A stretch of 64,000 nt of DNA from NCBI GenBank assembly GCA_031411295.1, contig JANOAV010000038.1, positions 14,345-78,344 on the forward strand. Reading direction: 5' to 3'. Shown piece after piece: positions 9,630-19,306 of the stretch. A program made the translations under genes and the position numbers. Numbering within the stretch: position 1 is the stretch's first letter; the number at the start of each line of letters is the position of its first letter. The notes beneath the pieces are model-generated. The model was not told the DNA's origin and searched no databases. It saw only the letters and a list, made by a program, of their open reading frames with translations. This DNA comes from Verrucomicrobiales bacterium. GTDB taxonomy: Bacteria > Verrucomicrobiota > Verrucomicrobiia > Verrucomicrobiales > V1-33.

Positions 9630-11063
9630 ATGTCTCCATCACCACTCCAACAACAAACTCGACGACACTTCTTCGGTCAATGCGGCCTGGGGGTAGGCGG
9701 ATTGGCGTTGCATCAGTTACTCCAGCAGGATGGCGTAGCCGCCCCGCCAATCGATCCGAGCCGGCCACTGCGGGCCCGTAAACCGCCGAATCCGGCCCGG
9801 GCCAAGAATGTGATTGTGCTGTTCATGGCAGGTGCGCCCAGTCAGTTAGAGTTGTTCGAGGACAAACCGAAACTGCGTGAATACTCCGGCCAGAAGCCAC
9901 CGCCCTCGCTCATGGAAGGGAAACGTTTCGCGTTCCTCAAAGGAAATGAAACCCTGCTGGGAACGGTCCGCCAGTTCGCGCGCTATGGTGAGTCCGGGAT
10001 GTCCCTCAGTGCCCTGTTGCCGCACCACACGAAGATCGTGGATGAAGTCTGCTGGCTGCGTGGCATGAGCACCGATTTTTTCAACCACGGTCCGGCTAAG
10101 ATTTTCCGTAATACTGGTTTCCCGGTCCCCGGAAGACCCAGCATGGGAGCCTGGGCAACCTATGGCTTGGGCTCTGAATCGAGCGATCTGCCGGGCTTTG
10201 TGGTCATGCAAAGCGGTCCCCGGGGACCACGCGCCGGTGCCTCCCTCTGGAGCAGTGGCTTCCTGCCCACGTCTTTCCAGGGAGTGCCGTTGCGGGGCAA
10301 GGGCGATCCCATTCTGGATCTGCGCAGCCCGGCCGGATTGAGTCGGGACACCGAACGCACGCTTTATCAAACGGTGGCAGCGTTAAATCAATCACGCCTG
10401 CAGGAAACCAAGGACAACGAAATCTTAACCCGTTTGAACGCCTACGAAACAGCATTTCGCATGCAGACCAGCGCCCCGGATCTGATGGATCTGAGCCAGG
10501 AAAACCAAGCCACCCTGGATCTCTACGGCTGCAAGCGGGAGGAGGCATCGTATGCCCGGAACTGCTTGCTGGCACGCCGCTTGATTGAGCGGGGCACCCG
10601 GTTTGTCCAGCTCTATCATACCGATTGGGATCACCACGGAGATAAGATCAACAACCTGAGCGACAGCTTGGACACGCGGTGTCGCGAAGTGGATCAAGCC
10701 AGCGCGGCTTTGGTGTTAGACTTGAAGCAACGCGGGCTCCTCGAAGACACCATGGTGGTCTGGGGAGGGGAATTCGGCCGCACTCCGATGGGTGAAGTGC
10801 GGGCGACGGTGGGGCGGGACCACCATATTGATGCCTTTACGATGTGGGTGGCCGGAGGGGGCTTCAAACGTGGGTTTATCCATGGCGAGACGGATGAACT
10901 CGGCTTTGGCGTGGTGCAGGGAAAAGTCCATGTCCATGATCTAAACGCCACGATTCTGCATCAATTGGGATTTGATCACGAGCGCTTCACCTACCGCTTC
11001 CAAGGCCGGGACTTCCGCCTGACGGACATCCATGGCGAAGTGGTCCACGATGTGCTAGCCTAG
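9630..11063 (+). CDS. DUF1501 protein (sulfatase-fold, Tat-signal), the usual partner of PSD1 proteins
   Basis: 'TRRHFF' twin-arginine leader and 'NVIVLFMAGAPSQLELFD'-type N-terminus. Also 'VQLYHTDWDHH' and 'VVWGGEFGRTP'. Lies immediately downstream of the DUF1549/1553 gene. Confidence 0.85.
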   Translation: MSPSPLQQQTRRHFFGQCGLGVGGLALHQLLQQDGVAAPPIDPSRPLRARKPPNPARAKNVIVLFMAGAPSQLELFEDKPKLREYSGQKPPPSLMEGKRFAFLKGNETLLGTVRQFARYGESGMSLSALLPHHTKIVDEVCWLRGMSTDFFNHGPAKIFRNTGFPVPGRPSMGAWATYGLGSESSDLPGFVVMQSGPRGPRAGASLWSSGFLPTSFQGVPLRGKGDPILDLRSPAGLSRDTERTLYQTVAALNQSRLQETKDNEILTRLNAYETAFRMQTSAPDLMDLSQENQATLDLYGCKREEASYARNCLLARRLIERGTRFVQLYHTDWDHHGDKINNLSDSLDTRCREVDQASAALVLDLKQRGLLEDTMVVWGGEFGRTPMGEVRATVGRDHHIDAFTMWVAGGGFKRGFIHGETDELGFGVVQGKVHVHDLNATILHQLGFDHERFTYRFQGRDFRLTDIHGEVVHDVLA

Positions 11064-11110
11064 CGCGTGTGTTTGCTCGCAGCATTGCCTGCCTGCTGTT
11101 AGGAGTATGC

Positions 11111-11202
11111 GCTGGAGTCCCGCTTTTATGCGGAGCATCACGTGAAGCAACCCATGACCAGCGGCTCTCCCTGTTCCTCCGGCTAAAGCGCGGGACACCA
11201 AC
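11111..11202. repeat. Dispersed 'GGAGTCCCG...CGGGACxCC' inverted-repeat element, copy Z1
   Basis: Left arm GCTGGAGTCCCG plus mini-hairpin CCGC-ttttat-GCGG; right arm GGCTAAAGCGCGGGACACCAAC. Related copies at 45030-45116 and 58123-58150. Confidence 0.6.
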
Positions 11203-11220
11203 TCGTGTTGCTATTATTTC

Positions 11221-13257
11221 CTAGGCTGGGGCTCCAGCCAGTCCACCTGGCAAATCGTCTGGCGTTGCTTCAGCGGGGGCTGGGCGCGGGGCCACGACTT
11301 CCACGGGAGGAGCGGGTGGCTTCGTGCGCGGGGGATTGGTCATGCGGCCGTGCTCGATGATTTCGTGGATATGCGAACCGTCGAGGGTTTCATATTCCAG
11401 TAGCGCCTTGGCAATCGCATCCAATTCGGCACGATACTTCATGATCAAGGCCTTGGAGCGAGCATAGGCATTGTCGATCAGTTGCTTGACTTCGGCATCG
11501 ATCTTCTGGGCCGTGGCCTCGCTGTAGTCCCGGCCTTGCGTCATATCGCGGGCGAGGAAAACGTGTTCCTGGGCATTGCCATATTCGACCATGCCAAGGT
11601 TCTCGCTCATACCCCATTCGCAAACCATGCGTTTGGCGATGCCGGTGGCCATTTTGATATCACCTGATGCTCCGCTGGTAACGTCGCCAAAGGCGATTTC
11701 TTCGGCCACGCGGCCGCCCATGGCAACCACGAGGCTGTCCAACAGTTCGTTCTTGCGGGTGTTGTAGCGATCCTCAAGGGGCAACCACATGGTTGATCCC
11801 AAGCTGGGGCCACGTGGAATGATGGTGACCTTGTGCAGCGGTTCGGTATGCTCCAACCCAACTAAGCAGATGGCGTGACCCGCTTCGTGGTAGGCCGTGG
11901 TTTCCTTCTCCTTTTCGGACAAAGCCAGGCTGCGACGCTCTTTGCCCCAGCGCACTTTATCCCGGGCTTCTTCCAACTCACGCAAGGTGATGGCTTTCAA
12001 ATTTTTGCGGGAAGCGAGCAGGGCAGCTTCGTTGATGACATTGGCCAACTCGGCACCAGAGTATCCCGGAGTGCCCCGGGCAATGACACCCAGATCCACA
12101 TCGGCCGCCATTTTGACTTTCTTGGAATGCACTTGGAGGATGGCCTCGCGACCTTTCACGTCAGGTAAATTCACCGTGACCTGACGGTCGAAACGACCTG
12201 GGCGCAGCAACGCAGGGTCCAGCACATCCGGCCGATTCGTAGCGGCAATAATGATGACGCCTTCCTGGGTATCGAAACCGTCCATTTCCACGAGCATCGC
12301 ATTCAGCGTTTGTTCCCGCTCGTCATGCCCGCCGCCCATGCCGTGTCCACGATGGCGACCGACGGCATCGATTTCGTCAATGAAGATCAAGCAGGGAGCG
12401 TTCTTGCGGCCCTGCTCAAACATATCGCGCACCCGGGAGGCCCCGACGCCGACAAACATTTCCACGAAGTCTGATCCGCTGATGCTGAAGAACGGGACAT
12501 CCGCCTCGCCTGCAATGGCCTTGGCCAAGAGCGTCTTGCCGGTTCCGGGGGATCCTACCATGAGCACGCCTTTGGGAATCCGACCACCCAGGCGTTGGAA
12601 TTTCTTGGGATCCTTGAGGAATTCGACCAACTCCCACACTTCTTCTTTGGCTTCTTCCACGCCAGCCACTTGCTTGAACGTGATTTTGTTCTTGTCCATG
12701 GCCATCATCTTGGCGCGGCTCTTGCCAAAGCTCATCGCTCCTTTGCCAGCCATTTTGATTTGCTGACGAAAGAGGAAATATAAAATCACGAGGAGAAATA
12801 TGAACGGCAGAAAGGTCGCCACATAACTGCCCCAGACATTGCTGGGACTCGTAAATTTAGGGACGACGCCCAATTTCTTGAGGGTATCCAGCACCAGGTC
12901 GGTCGTGCCACTTTCGAGGATTACTTCGGTGCGAAACTCAATCGGTTTATTGCCCGCCGCCCGTTCATCGAACATCTGGCCCTTGATGTATTCCCGACCT
13001 TCGCTGTGGTCCCGGACGATTTCCATGCCCTTGGTAAGATCAAAGGTGGCTTTGGTTTTGTCATTGGCTTGAGCCTCTACTTTGCTGACGAAATCAGGAA
13101 ATGGTAAATCACGCGTCTGCTCACCGGATTTCCAGATGGTCCCAGCGGCCACCAAGCTCAGGGCAAACGCGATGATGACAAGCCCGCGCCAATTAAAACC
13201 AGGTTCCGGGGTGCGACGATCCGGATTGGGCGGAGGGGAGTTTTCGTTTTGAGACAT
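11221..13257 (-). CDS. ftsH: ATP-dependent zinc metalloprotease FtsH
   Basis: Two N-terminal TM helices, Walker A 'GSPGTGKT', Walker B 'IFIDEID', SRH '[20 protein letters not shown]', and zinc site 'HEAGHA'. Confidence 0.97.
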   Translation of the reverse strand: MSQNENSPPPNPDRRTPEPGFNWRGLVIIAFALSLVAAGTIWKSGEQTRDLPFPDFVSKVEAQANDKTKATFDLTKGMEIVRDHSEGREYIKGQMFDERAAGNKPIEFRTEVILESGTTDLVLDTLKKLGVVPKFTSPSNVWGSYVATFLPFIFLLVILYFLFRQQIKMAGKGAMSFGKSRAKMMAMDKNKITFKQVAGVEEAKEEVWELVEFLKDPKKFQRLGGRIPKGVLMVGSPGTGKTLLAKAIAGEADVPFFSISGSDFVEMFVGVGASRVRDMFEQGRKNAPCLIFIDEIDAVGRHRGHGMGGGHDEREQTLNAMLVEMDGFDTQEGVIIIAATNRPDVLDPALLRPGRFDRQVTVNLPDVKGREAILQVHSKKVKMAADVDLGVIARGTPGYSGAELANVINEAALLASRKNLKAITLRELEEARDKVRWGKERRSLALSEKEKETTAYHEAGHAICLVGLEHTEPLHKVTIIPRGPSLGSTMWLPLEDRYNTRKNELLDSLVVAMGGRVAEEIAFGDVTSGASGDIKMATGIAKRMVCEWGMSENLGMVEYGNAQEHVFLARDMTQGRDYSEATAQKIDAEVKQLIDNAYARSKALIMKYRAELDAIAKALLEYETLDGSHIHEIIEHGRMTNPPRTKPPAPPVEVVAPRPAPAEATPDDLPGGLAGAPA

Positions 13258-13412
13258 CAGATAATGGGGGTAAATCCAGCGATAGAGCCAGATAAGATAT
13301 GCTTAATATGACGATCCGCAAAGTAAAACGGATGCCACGTAGCACGGTGCAAAGTCCGCGCAACTGGCAGACTGGCAATGAGAATTTGCGAGAATTTGGG
13401 TAATCCGGACCG

Positions 13413-14153
13413 TTAGGAGACGGTTCTGCGTCGACGCCAGAGCCTGCTTCCCAAGGCCAGACCCACCAGTCCGCAGGCATTCGTCTCCGGCACGGCGGTG
13501 TAGTTAATCACCAAGGTGGGCTGCTGATTGAGAGGGCTTTCACTGGATCCCAGTTCGCGTGCATTAGTTTGAGTTTCCGAGGCGGCCTTCACCAGCCAAC
13601 CGAAATTAGTGGACGGGTTATTGAGCCAGCCTTGCACATCTGCCACGAGGGTGGGGGTGGAATCGAACGTATAGCTTGTGAGCGCAGAGTTGAATACAGT
13701 CGTAGCACTAGTGGCTCCAAAATCCCCCCCGGCGGTGGTCCAAGCGGTAGTGTTATAGAACCTGGAGTTCCAGGTCGCGTCACCCACCGTGGCCGCAGCC
13801 CCTCCTCCAGTGCCTGCAGAGGTGCCTTCCCCCCATCCCTGCGAGAGTGGGTGCAGCTCGAAGGTGGCGCTCACGCCCGGGCCGATTTTCACCTGCACAA
13901 ATGTCAAGGAAACGGAATCGATGATAGATCCGGACGGAATGTTGCCCAAGATGTCGAAGGCGACGAGCGCCCGTCTTGTCCATGCAGTATTGGCGGCCGT
14001 GCCAATAAACAATGCGCCTTGGCCGTTACTGTTCTGAGACTCGCTGTAAATCGTGTTATCCAGACTAGGATGCAAACTCACTGACGCGCCAGAAGCGGCA
14101 CTAGCTGACATTGCGAAAAGCCCGAAAAGACGGACTGCGGAAAACTTGATCAT
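13413..14153 (-). CDS. PEP-CTERM-anchored secreted protein with a DNRLRE-like N-terminal domain
   Basis: Signal peptide, and 'LDNTIYSES..NGQGALFIGT....RRALVAFDI..IPSGSIIDSVSL' (DNRLRE-type). The extreme C-terminus 'VPE-TNACGLVGLALGSRLW-RRRR' is the PEP-CTERM layout (motif, TM helix, basic tail). Confidence 0.7.
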   Translation of the reverse strand: MIKFSAVRLFGLFAMSASAASGASVSLHPSLDNTIYSESQNSNGQGALFIGTAANTAWTRRALVAFDILGNIPSGSIIDSVSLTFVQVKIGPGVSATFELHPLSQGWGEGTSAGTGGGAAATVGDATWNSRFYNTTAWTTAGGDFGATSATTVFNSALTSYTFDSTPTLVADVQGWLNNPSTNFGWLVKAASETQTNARELGSSESPLNQQPTLVINYTAVPETNACGLVGLALGSRLWRRRRTVS

Positions 14154-14188
14154 TTTAAAAATTATGGTAAATATAGGCTAGGCTAAGT

Positions 14189-14665
14189 TTACTCCCAAAG
14201 GTAGGAATGATGTTCAGCAAGCTCCTCCTTACCCCGCATGAGGGAAATTTTCCAAGCGGTCACATGTCCATTGGTCTTCCATTCGTCTCCGATCACAGAC
14301 ATCTCAGTAGTGTTGCTGCCCTTGATGTCGGTGATTTCGACTTCTTTGCTGTAGAGGGTTGAGCCGGTCTTGGACTGGCGGTATTGCAACTGAAGTTTCA
14401 CTGGTTGGCTGCGATCCTTGATGGCCCAGTGCACGTTGTAATAGACTCCCTCCCGGCCTTCGATCTCCTCTTGGGAGACGGCTCCATAGAGATAGAATTT
14501 TTGCTCGAAGGAAATTGATGGGTCCGCGCTGACGATGTTTTTCTTGCCGTTGAAACGGTAATAATTCACTTTGCTGATTTCCGCATCCTTGGAGGAGGAA
14601 GCACAGGACACCAGCCCGGCAGAAGCCACGGCCAAAAGAATCGAGAGAATTTTGGAGACAGTCAT
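14189..14665 (-). CDS. Hypothetical lipoprotein
   Basis: 'MTVSKILSILLAVASAGLVSCASS' is a signal peptide with a lipobox (LVSC). The ATG at 14665 is preferred over the upstream ORF-track start. No recognisable domain. Confidence 0.5.
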   Translation of the reverse strand: MTVSKILSILLAVASAGLVSCASSSKDAEISKVNYYRFNGKKNIVSADPSISFEQKFYLYGAVSQEEIEGREGVYYNVHWAIKDRSQPVKLQLQYRQSKTGSTLYSKEVEITDIKGSNTTEMSVIGDEWKTNGHVTAWKISLMRGKEELAEHHSYLWE

Positions 14666-14740
14666 ATTGAGGTAGTTAAATCGCATGGTTGGCACGCTTG
14701 TCAATCGCAGGAAATGGCTCGCAAGCGAACCTTCAGAACA

Positions 14741-15250
14741 TTATTTACCGGGTTTGGGTGCTACATAATCTATCCGGGGAGCATCCGACCACAAGTCTTC
14801 CAAGGCGTAGAGTTTCCGTTTGTCGTCCTGAAAGATGTGCACCACCACATCGAAAAAATCCACCACGACCCAGCCGCTTTCAGGGTTTCCGTCCAGACGG
14901 TTCTGCCGCACGTCGTGGTCCAACCAGAGTTTATCCGCCACTTCCTTGCGAATGGCGCGGAGTTGCGGTAGAGAATTGCCGGAGCAAATCACGTAGAAAT
15001 CGGTCACGTTGGAAATGGCACTGACATCCAGAATGACGATGTCGGTAGCTTTCTTGTCGTCGGCATAGCGGGCGGCTAGTTTGGCGAGATCCATTCCCAC
15101 GGGCTTGTAGAGCGGAGGCGCGGGCTTCTCTGGCGCAGCGGCAGTGGCAACTTTTTTAGCCGCCACCTTCTTGGCAGCCACCTTTTTGGCGGCAGCGGGT
15201 TTGGGAGCAGGGGCGGTCGCTACAGGAGCGGATTTCTTTTTGGCAGGCAT
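14741..15250 (-). CDS. rsfS: Ribosome silencing factor RsfS with a Lys/Ala-rich N-terminal extension
   Basis: Core 'ATDIVILDVS..SNVTDFYVICSGNS..QLRAI...V...GWVVVDFFDVVVHIFQ...R..Y.LEDLW'. The first ~50 aa are 'KKSAPVATAPAPKPAAAKKVAAKKVAAKKVA'. Confidence 0.85.
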   Translation of the reverse strand: MPAKKKSAPVATAPAPKPAAAKKVAAKKVAAKKVATAAAPEKPAPPLYKPVGMDLAKLAARYADDKKATDIVILDVSAISNVTDFYVICSGNSLPQLRAIRKEVADKLWLDHDVRQNRLDGNPESGWVVVDFFDVVVHIFQDDKRKLYALEDLWSDAPRIDYVAPKPGK

Positions 15251-15439
15251 GAGGGCTTGGAAAATTTACGGGGAGTGGTATGGGCTTACTGTGCCCCGAA
15301 TTTCCCTGCGGTAAAGGAAGTATTTAATATAGTGAAGATTTCCGTTTTGAGGGTGCGGTCATCCGCGCCATCTTGTGCCACCCGCTTCTGGCTGTTTGCC
15401 ATGCGGAAAACTTAAGGCTCCAGCAATTTAAAATCACTC

Positions 15440-16435
15440 ATGCATTGGCTGCATCAATCCCGCGTCCCGCTCTACCTTGCCCCCATGGCGGGAGTGACGG
15501 ATTTTGTCTTCCGCAAAATTTGCAAGGAATTGGGAGCCGATGTGATGGTGACCGAGTTCGTCAGTGCGGAGGGGATTATCCGGCGGGACGACCGCACCCG
15601 TAAATACACCGAGTTCACGGACGAGCAGCGCCCGCTGGGCGTGCAACTGTTCGGGGCGAACCCCACCGCGCTCGCAGAAGCGGCCAAAAAGGTGATCGAT
15701 TGGAAGCAGCCAGATTTCATTGACTTAAATTTCGGCTGTCCCGTGAGCAAGGTGGTTTCCAAAAATGGCGGTTCCTCACTGCTGCGGGACTGCCCCACCT
15801 TGGCCGCAGTGGCCCGCACGGTAGCACAAGCCGTGCCCATTCCGGTCACGGCCAAAATGCGCATCGGTTGGGATGCACAGAGCATTAACGCCAAGGAGGT
15901 GTGTCACATTCTGGAGGATTGCGGGATGGCCGCCATTGCCATCCACGGCAGAACCAAGGCGCAAGGCTACACGGGTGAAGCAAATTGGGACGTGATTGGG
16001 GAATGCACGGACTCGGTGAAAATTCCCGTTATCGGCAATGGTGATATTGCCAACGGAGCGGACGTAGCGCGTCGGCTGCGGGAAACGAATGTCCGCGGAC
16101 TCATGATTGGTCGGGCCGCCATGAATAATCCGTGGTTCTTCCAAGAAGCCCGCGCCTACCTGGAAACCGGCCTCATGCCGCCCCCTGTGCCCGTGGCCAC
16201 GCGCTGGAAAATGATTCGTCGCCATTGCCAAATGGCCTTGGAATCAGGTCGCTATGGTGAGGAACGCTACACGATGCAAACGATGCGGACGCGCCTAATG
16301 GCTTACACCAAGGGGCTCCCCGGCGGCAAACATCTGCGCAACCAGTTCTGCCATGTCAGCTCCATCATGGAACTGGAAGACATTGCTGCGGAGCACCTAC
16401 GATCGCTGGAGACTGGGTTGGTGGCAGTGGAATGA
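15440..16435 (+). CDS. dusB: tRNA-dihydrouridine synthase (Dus family, DusB-like)
   Basis: 'LYLAPMAGVTD..FR', 'VQLFG', 'IDLNFGCP', 'VTAKMRIGW', 'IAIHGRT', 'IGNGDI'. Confidence 0.85.
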   Translation: MHWLHQSRVPLYLAPMAGVTDFVFRKICKELGADVMVTEFVSAEGIIRRDDRTRKYTEFTDEQRPLGVQLFGANPTALAEAAKKVIDWKQPDFIDLNFGCPVSKVVSKNGGSSLLRDCPTLAAVARTVAQAVPIPVTAKMRIGWDAQSINAKEVCHILEDCGMAAIAIHGRTKAQGYTGEANWDVIGECTDSVKIPVIGNGDIANGADVARRLRETNVRGLMIGRAAMNNPWFFQEARAYLETGLMPPPVPVATRWKMIRRHCQMALESGRYGEERYTMQTMRTRLMAYTKGLPGGKHLRNQFCHVSSIMELEDIAAEHLRSLETGLVAVE

Positions 16436-16449
16436 TCCAGCAACCAAGC

Positions 16450-18078
16450 TTACCGCAAACCAGTCAGCAGCAGTTCCGCATTATTCTGCGTGGCCCGCAA
16501 ATGCTTCGTGAGCACTTCCATGGCCTCGCCCGCAGGGAGTTGCGCGAGTTGACGACGGATGGCGCTGATGCGGCGGAATTCGTCTGGATGATAGAGCAGA
16601 TCGTCCTTGCGCGTGCCGGTCTTGGAAATATTGATGGCTGGGTAAATGCGGCGTTCCACCAATTCACGATCCAGCGTGACTTCCATATTACCCTTGCCTT
16701 TGAATTCCTCGAAGATGACCTCATCCATCTTGCTTTCCGTCTCGATGAGAGCCGTGGCCAGCACGGTTAGGCTGCCGCCTTCTTCAACTTTACGCGCCGT
16801 GCCGAAAAATTTCCCGGCCTTCTGCAACGCTTGCGGAGTCATGCCGCCAGATCCCAGCGGGGTGTTACCGCGCACGCAGTTGTTATAGCCACGGCTGAGG
16901 CGGGTGATACTGTCCAACAACACGACCACGTCCCGGCCCATTTCCACGAGACGCTTGGCGCGTTCCATCACGAGTTCCGCCACTTGCTGGTGGCGCTCGG
17001 CGGGTTCGTCGAATGTGGAAGCCGTCACGTGACACGTGGGTGACTGTTGCACCGTTTCTTGGAAATCGGTCACTTCTTCCGGGCGTTCGTCCAGCAGCAG
17101 GATCATCAACTCGATCTCAGGATGATTCTGTTGAATCGATTGCGCTATATCCTTGAGCAGGACGGTCTTGCCGCCCCGCGGCGGGGCGCAAATCAAGCCG
17201 CGCTGACCTTTGCCCAGCGGCGCAATGATGTCCACGCAGCGCACACTGACGCTCTTGGTTTTGCGATTCTCCAGCACGATCCGTTCGTTAGGGAAAAGGG
17301 GGGTTAATTTATCGAAGGGCGTTGGCGGCTCCCATGTTTCGGCGGGCTTGCCTTCGATGGAGTTAACTTGATCCAGAATCATCAGGCGATCCCGTGGGTG
17401 GCTGGGCCCACGCACCATTCCAGTGAGCATTTGCCCCGGGCGCAGTTGATATTTCCGCACCACGGCCATGGGGACGAAAATATCGTCTGGATGTGGCTTG
17501 AAGTTATATTTCTCATCCCGCAGCACCCCGGAACCATCCTTGGCGATTTCCAAAATGCCCGTGGCCTCGATCACCGTGCCGCGTTTGGCGAAATAGACCA
17601 GAATGTCGAAGACCAACTGATGCTTGGATCGACTTCCGCCAACACGCAGGCCGAGCGTCGCTCCCAGATCATACAGTTGGGTCAGCGTTTGGACTTGATA
17701 CTCATTGAGGGTTACCCGCTCTGGGACGGGGGGCTCGATGACCGCAGGCGGAGGTTCTGGGGCCGGCAGCTCTGCCGCCATCGGTTCTGGCTCTGGGCTT
17801 GCCGCCGCAACCGATGTTTCCACGGGTGGTTCGGCGGCGGCCTCGGGGATGATTGCGTTTGCGACTTCTACGGCGGGAACGGGCTCGGTGCTGGTCGCTT
17901 GCTCTTGAGCCTGCGGTTTCGTTTCGGGTTCGTCTGTCTGGTGGATTGGTTCTGCTGGAGGCGCGTCCACCAAGGGAGCAGATTTCGCTGCCTTGGCCGT
18001 CTTGGCCGATGCCCGGGGCTTTTTGGGTTTCAGGGGTGCTTCTGGGAGCGCGGAGGGGAGTTCGTTAGTAGTAACCAT
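16450..18078 (-). CDS. rho: Transcription termination factor Rho with a ~130-aa Pro/Ala/Glu-rich N-terminal extension
   Basis: Rho_N '[13 protein letters not shown]', CSD-like '[13 protein letters not shown]', Walker A 'PPRGGKT', '[11 protein letters not shown]', and C-terminal '[20 protein letters not shown]'. Confidence 0.97.
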   Translation of the reverse strand: MVTTNELPSALPEAPLKPKKPRASAKTAKAAKSAPLVDAPPAEPIHQTDEPETKPQAQEQATSTEPVPAVEVANAIIPEAAAEPPVETSVAAASPEPEPMAAELPAPEPPPAVIEPPVPERVTLNEYQVQTLTQLYDLGATLGLRVGGSRSKHQLVFDILVYFAKRGTVIEATGILEIAKDGSGVLRDEKYNFKPHPDDIFVPMAVVRKYQLRPGQMLTGMVRGPSHPRDRLMILDQVNSIEGKPAETWEPPTPFDKLTPLFPNERIVLENRKTKSVSVRCVDIIAPLGKGQRGLICAPPRGGKTVLLKDIAQSIQQNHPEIELMILLLDERPEEVTDFQETVQQSPTCHVTASTFDEPAERHQQVAELVMERAKRLVEMGRDVVVLLDSITRLSRGYNNCVRGNTPLGSGGMTPQALQKAGKFFGTARKVEEGGSLTVLATALIETESKMDEVIFEEFKGKGNMEVTLDRELVERRIYPAINISKTGTRKDDLLYHPDEFRRISAIRRQLAQLPAGEAMEVLTKHLRATQNNAELLLTGLR

Positions 18079-18681
18079 TTGATAAAAATATGAGTTTGTT
18101 GGGCGAGTGCCTGCGGGGTGCCACCGTTCCAGAGGACGACGGTAGCGCGATTGGCTTTCTCTAAAATTGGGATTTGGGCAGCGAGGCGGGAATCGATTTG
18201 GTGGGGAGCGTGGTTGGGGCTGCGGGCCAGGAGGCGCTCGCGTTGGGTGCGGGGGTCACAGGCGATAACGATTTGGTGGTCGGCGGCAAACGGAAATCCA
18301 GTTTCGTAAAAGAGCGGAATATCTGCCACAAAGAACCGGGCGGTGGCCTGAGCGCCCTGCTGAGCCGCAGTGCAGGCTTGACGCACGAGTGGGTGGAGAA
18401 TTTCTTCCAAGAGGCGGCGTTTGCCAGCGTCCTGAAACACCAGCGCGCTGGTGCGGTTGCGATCGAGACTTCCGTCGGCGGCTTGCAAATCAGTTCCGAG
18501 CGACGCGGAAATCTTTCCCACAATGTCTGGTCTTGTCAACTGTTCTTGCACACAAGCGTCGGCATCGAAAAAGACCCCCTCTGGCAAGTGCTGTCGCAAC
18601 AGCGCACAAAAGGACGATTTTCCCGTAGCGATCCCGCCCGTGACGAGGAGGTTAGTGAGTTTAGTTTTCAGTCAAATTCAT
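18030..18681 (-). CDS. coaE: Dephospho-CoA kinase CoaE; no canonical in-frame start in the sequence as given
   Basis: The P-loop 'LLVTGGIATGKSS' lies upstream of the ORF-track start (18599), and the frame is closed by TGA at 18672-18674 with only CTG available. An ATG at 18679-18681 comes into frame if the A4 run (18665-18668, T4 on plus) is A3, giving MNLTETKLTNLLVTGGIATGKS. The 3' end overlaps the rho start by 49 nt. Confidence 0.75.
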
Positions 18682-18723
18682 TAGAGACTGAAAACTGAAA
18701 TCTGAAAACGGAAAATTTCCCCT

Positions 18724-18963
18724 TCAAGCTGGCCATCGCCAGAACCCCGGCCAGTCATCAAAATCCAGCACCCGCCGATCCTCAATGTAAAGGCCATACA
18801 AGGCGGTCGCATCCACGGAATGCAGCACCACCCGCCAGCGCTGACCATCGACCATTGCGACACAGAGCAGGGCATCGTCCGTCGCGCTGGCACGCCAGAT
18901 AACATCCCGACAAAGTTCGGGATGGAGGTGCCATAGCGTGGAGTTTGAAATTAAAGTGGGCAT
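18724..18963 (-). CDS. Hypothetical small protein (79 aa)
   Basis: ATG-initiated ORF on the same strand as coaE/rho, filling the gap upstream of coaE. No recognisable motif. Confidence 0.3.
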   Translation of the reverse strand: MPTLISNSTLWHLHPELCRDVIWRASATDDALLCVAMVDGQRWRVVLHSVDATALYGLYIEDRRVLDFDDWPGFWRWPA

Positions 18964-19306
18964 GGTCGAGATAGCAGTGGAATCAGAAATACGTGTAGCT
19001 TATTAACGGACTTGAGACGGATTTGTTGCGCCCAATGTTCAGATTTTACGAAGGAAACACGAATTTAGGGGATTCCCCGAGCGCTAGCCACGGAATTCAC
19101 CCTGCGGGAGGTGCAAGCTTACCCAGGTCCGCCCTACCCGCAGCCAACGGTGAACCGAAAGCCGACCCAACTGCTCGGGCCAATGAGGCCAATGAGGCGG
19201 TTGCCGCAAAATGAGCTTGACGCTGCAATCTGCCACCTGTTAGCAATGAATTCACTGGGCCCGTCTCGTGGTCTCGCAGCTCATCCAACCAAACCAACAA
19301 TTACCC

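Noticed and set aside
18030-18078. The 49-nt rho/coaE overlap as a sign of mis-annotation or gene fusion
   Set aside because: The two genes are in different frames and both have complete conserved cores. The coaE tail (..[17 protein letters not shown]) is simply non-conserved, and such overlaps occur in compact operons.
17368-18093. 241-aa plus-strand ORF opposite rho
   Set aside because: It is antisense to an unambiguous rho gene, and its translation has no recognisable features.
19090-19170. SRP-RNA-like words (CAGGTCCG ... GCAGCCAACGG)
   Set aside because: The intervening sequence cannot form the helix-8 GNRA-capped hairpin (there is no UCC-GGAA-GGA equivalent), so the resemblance is superficial.
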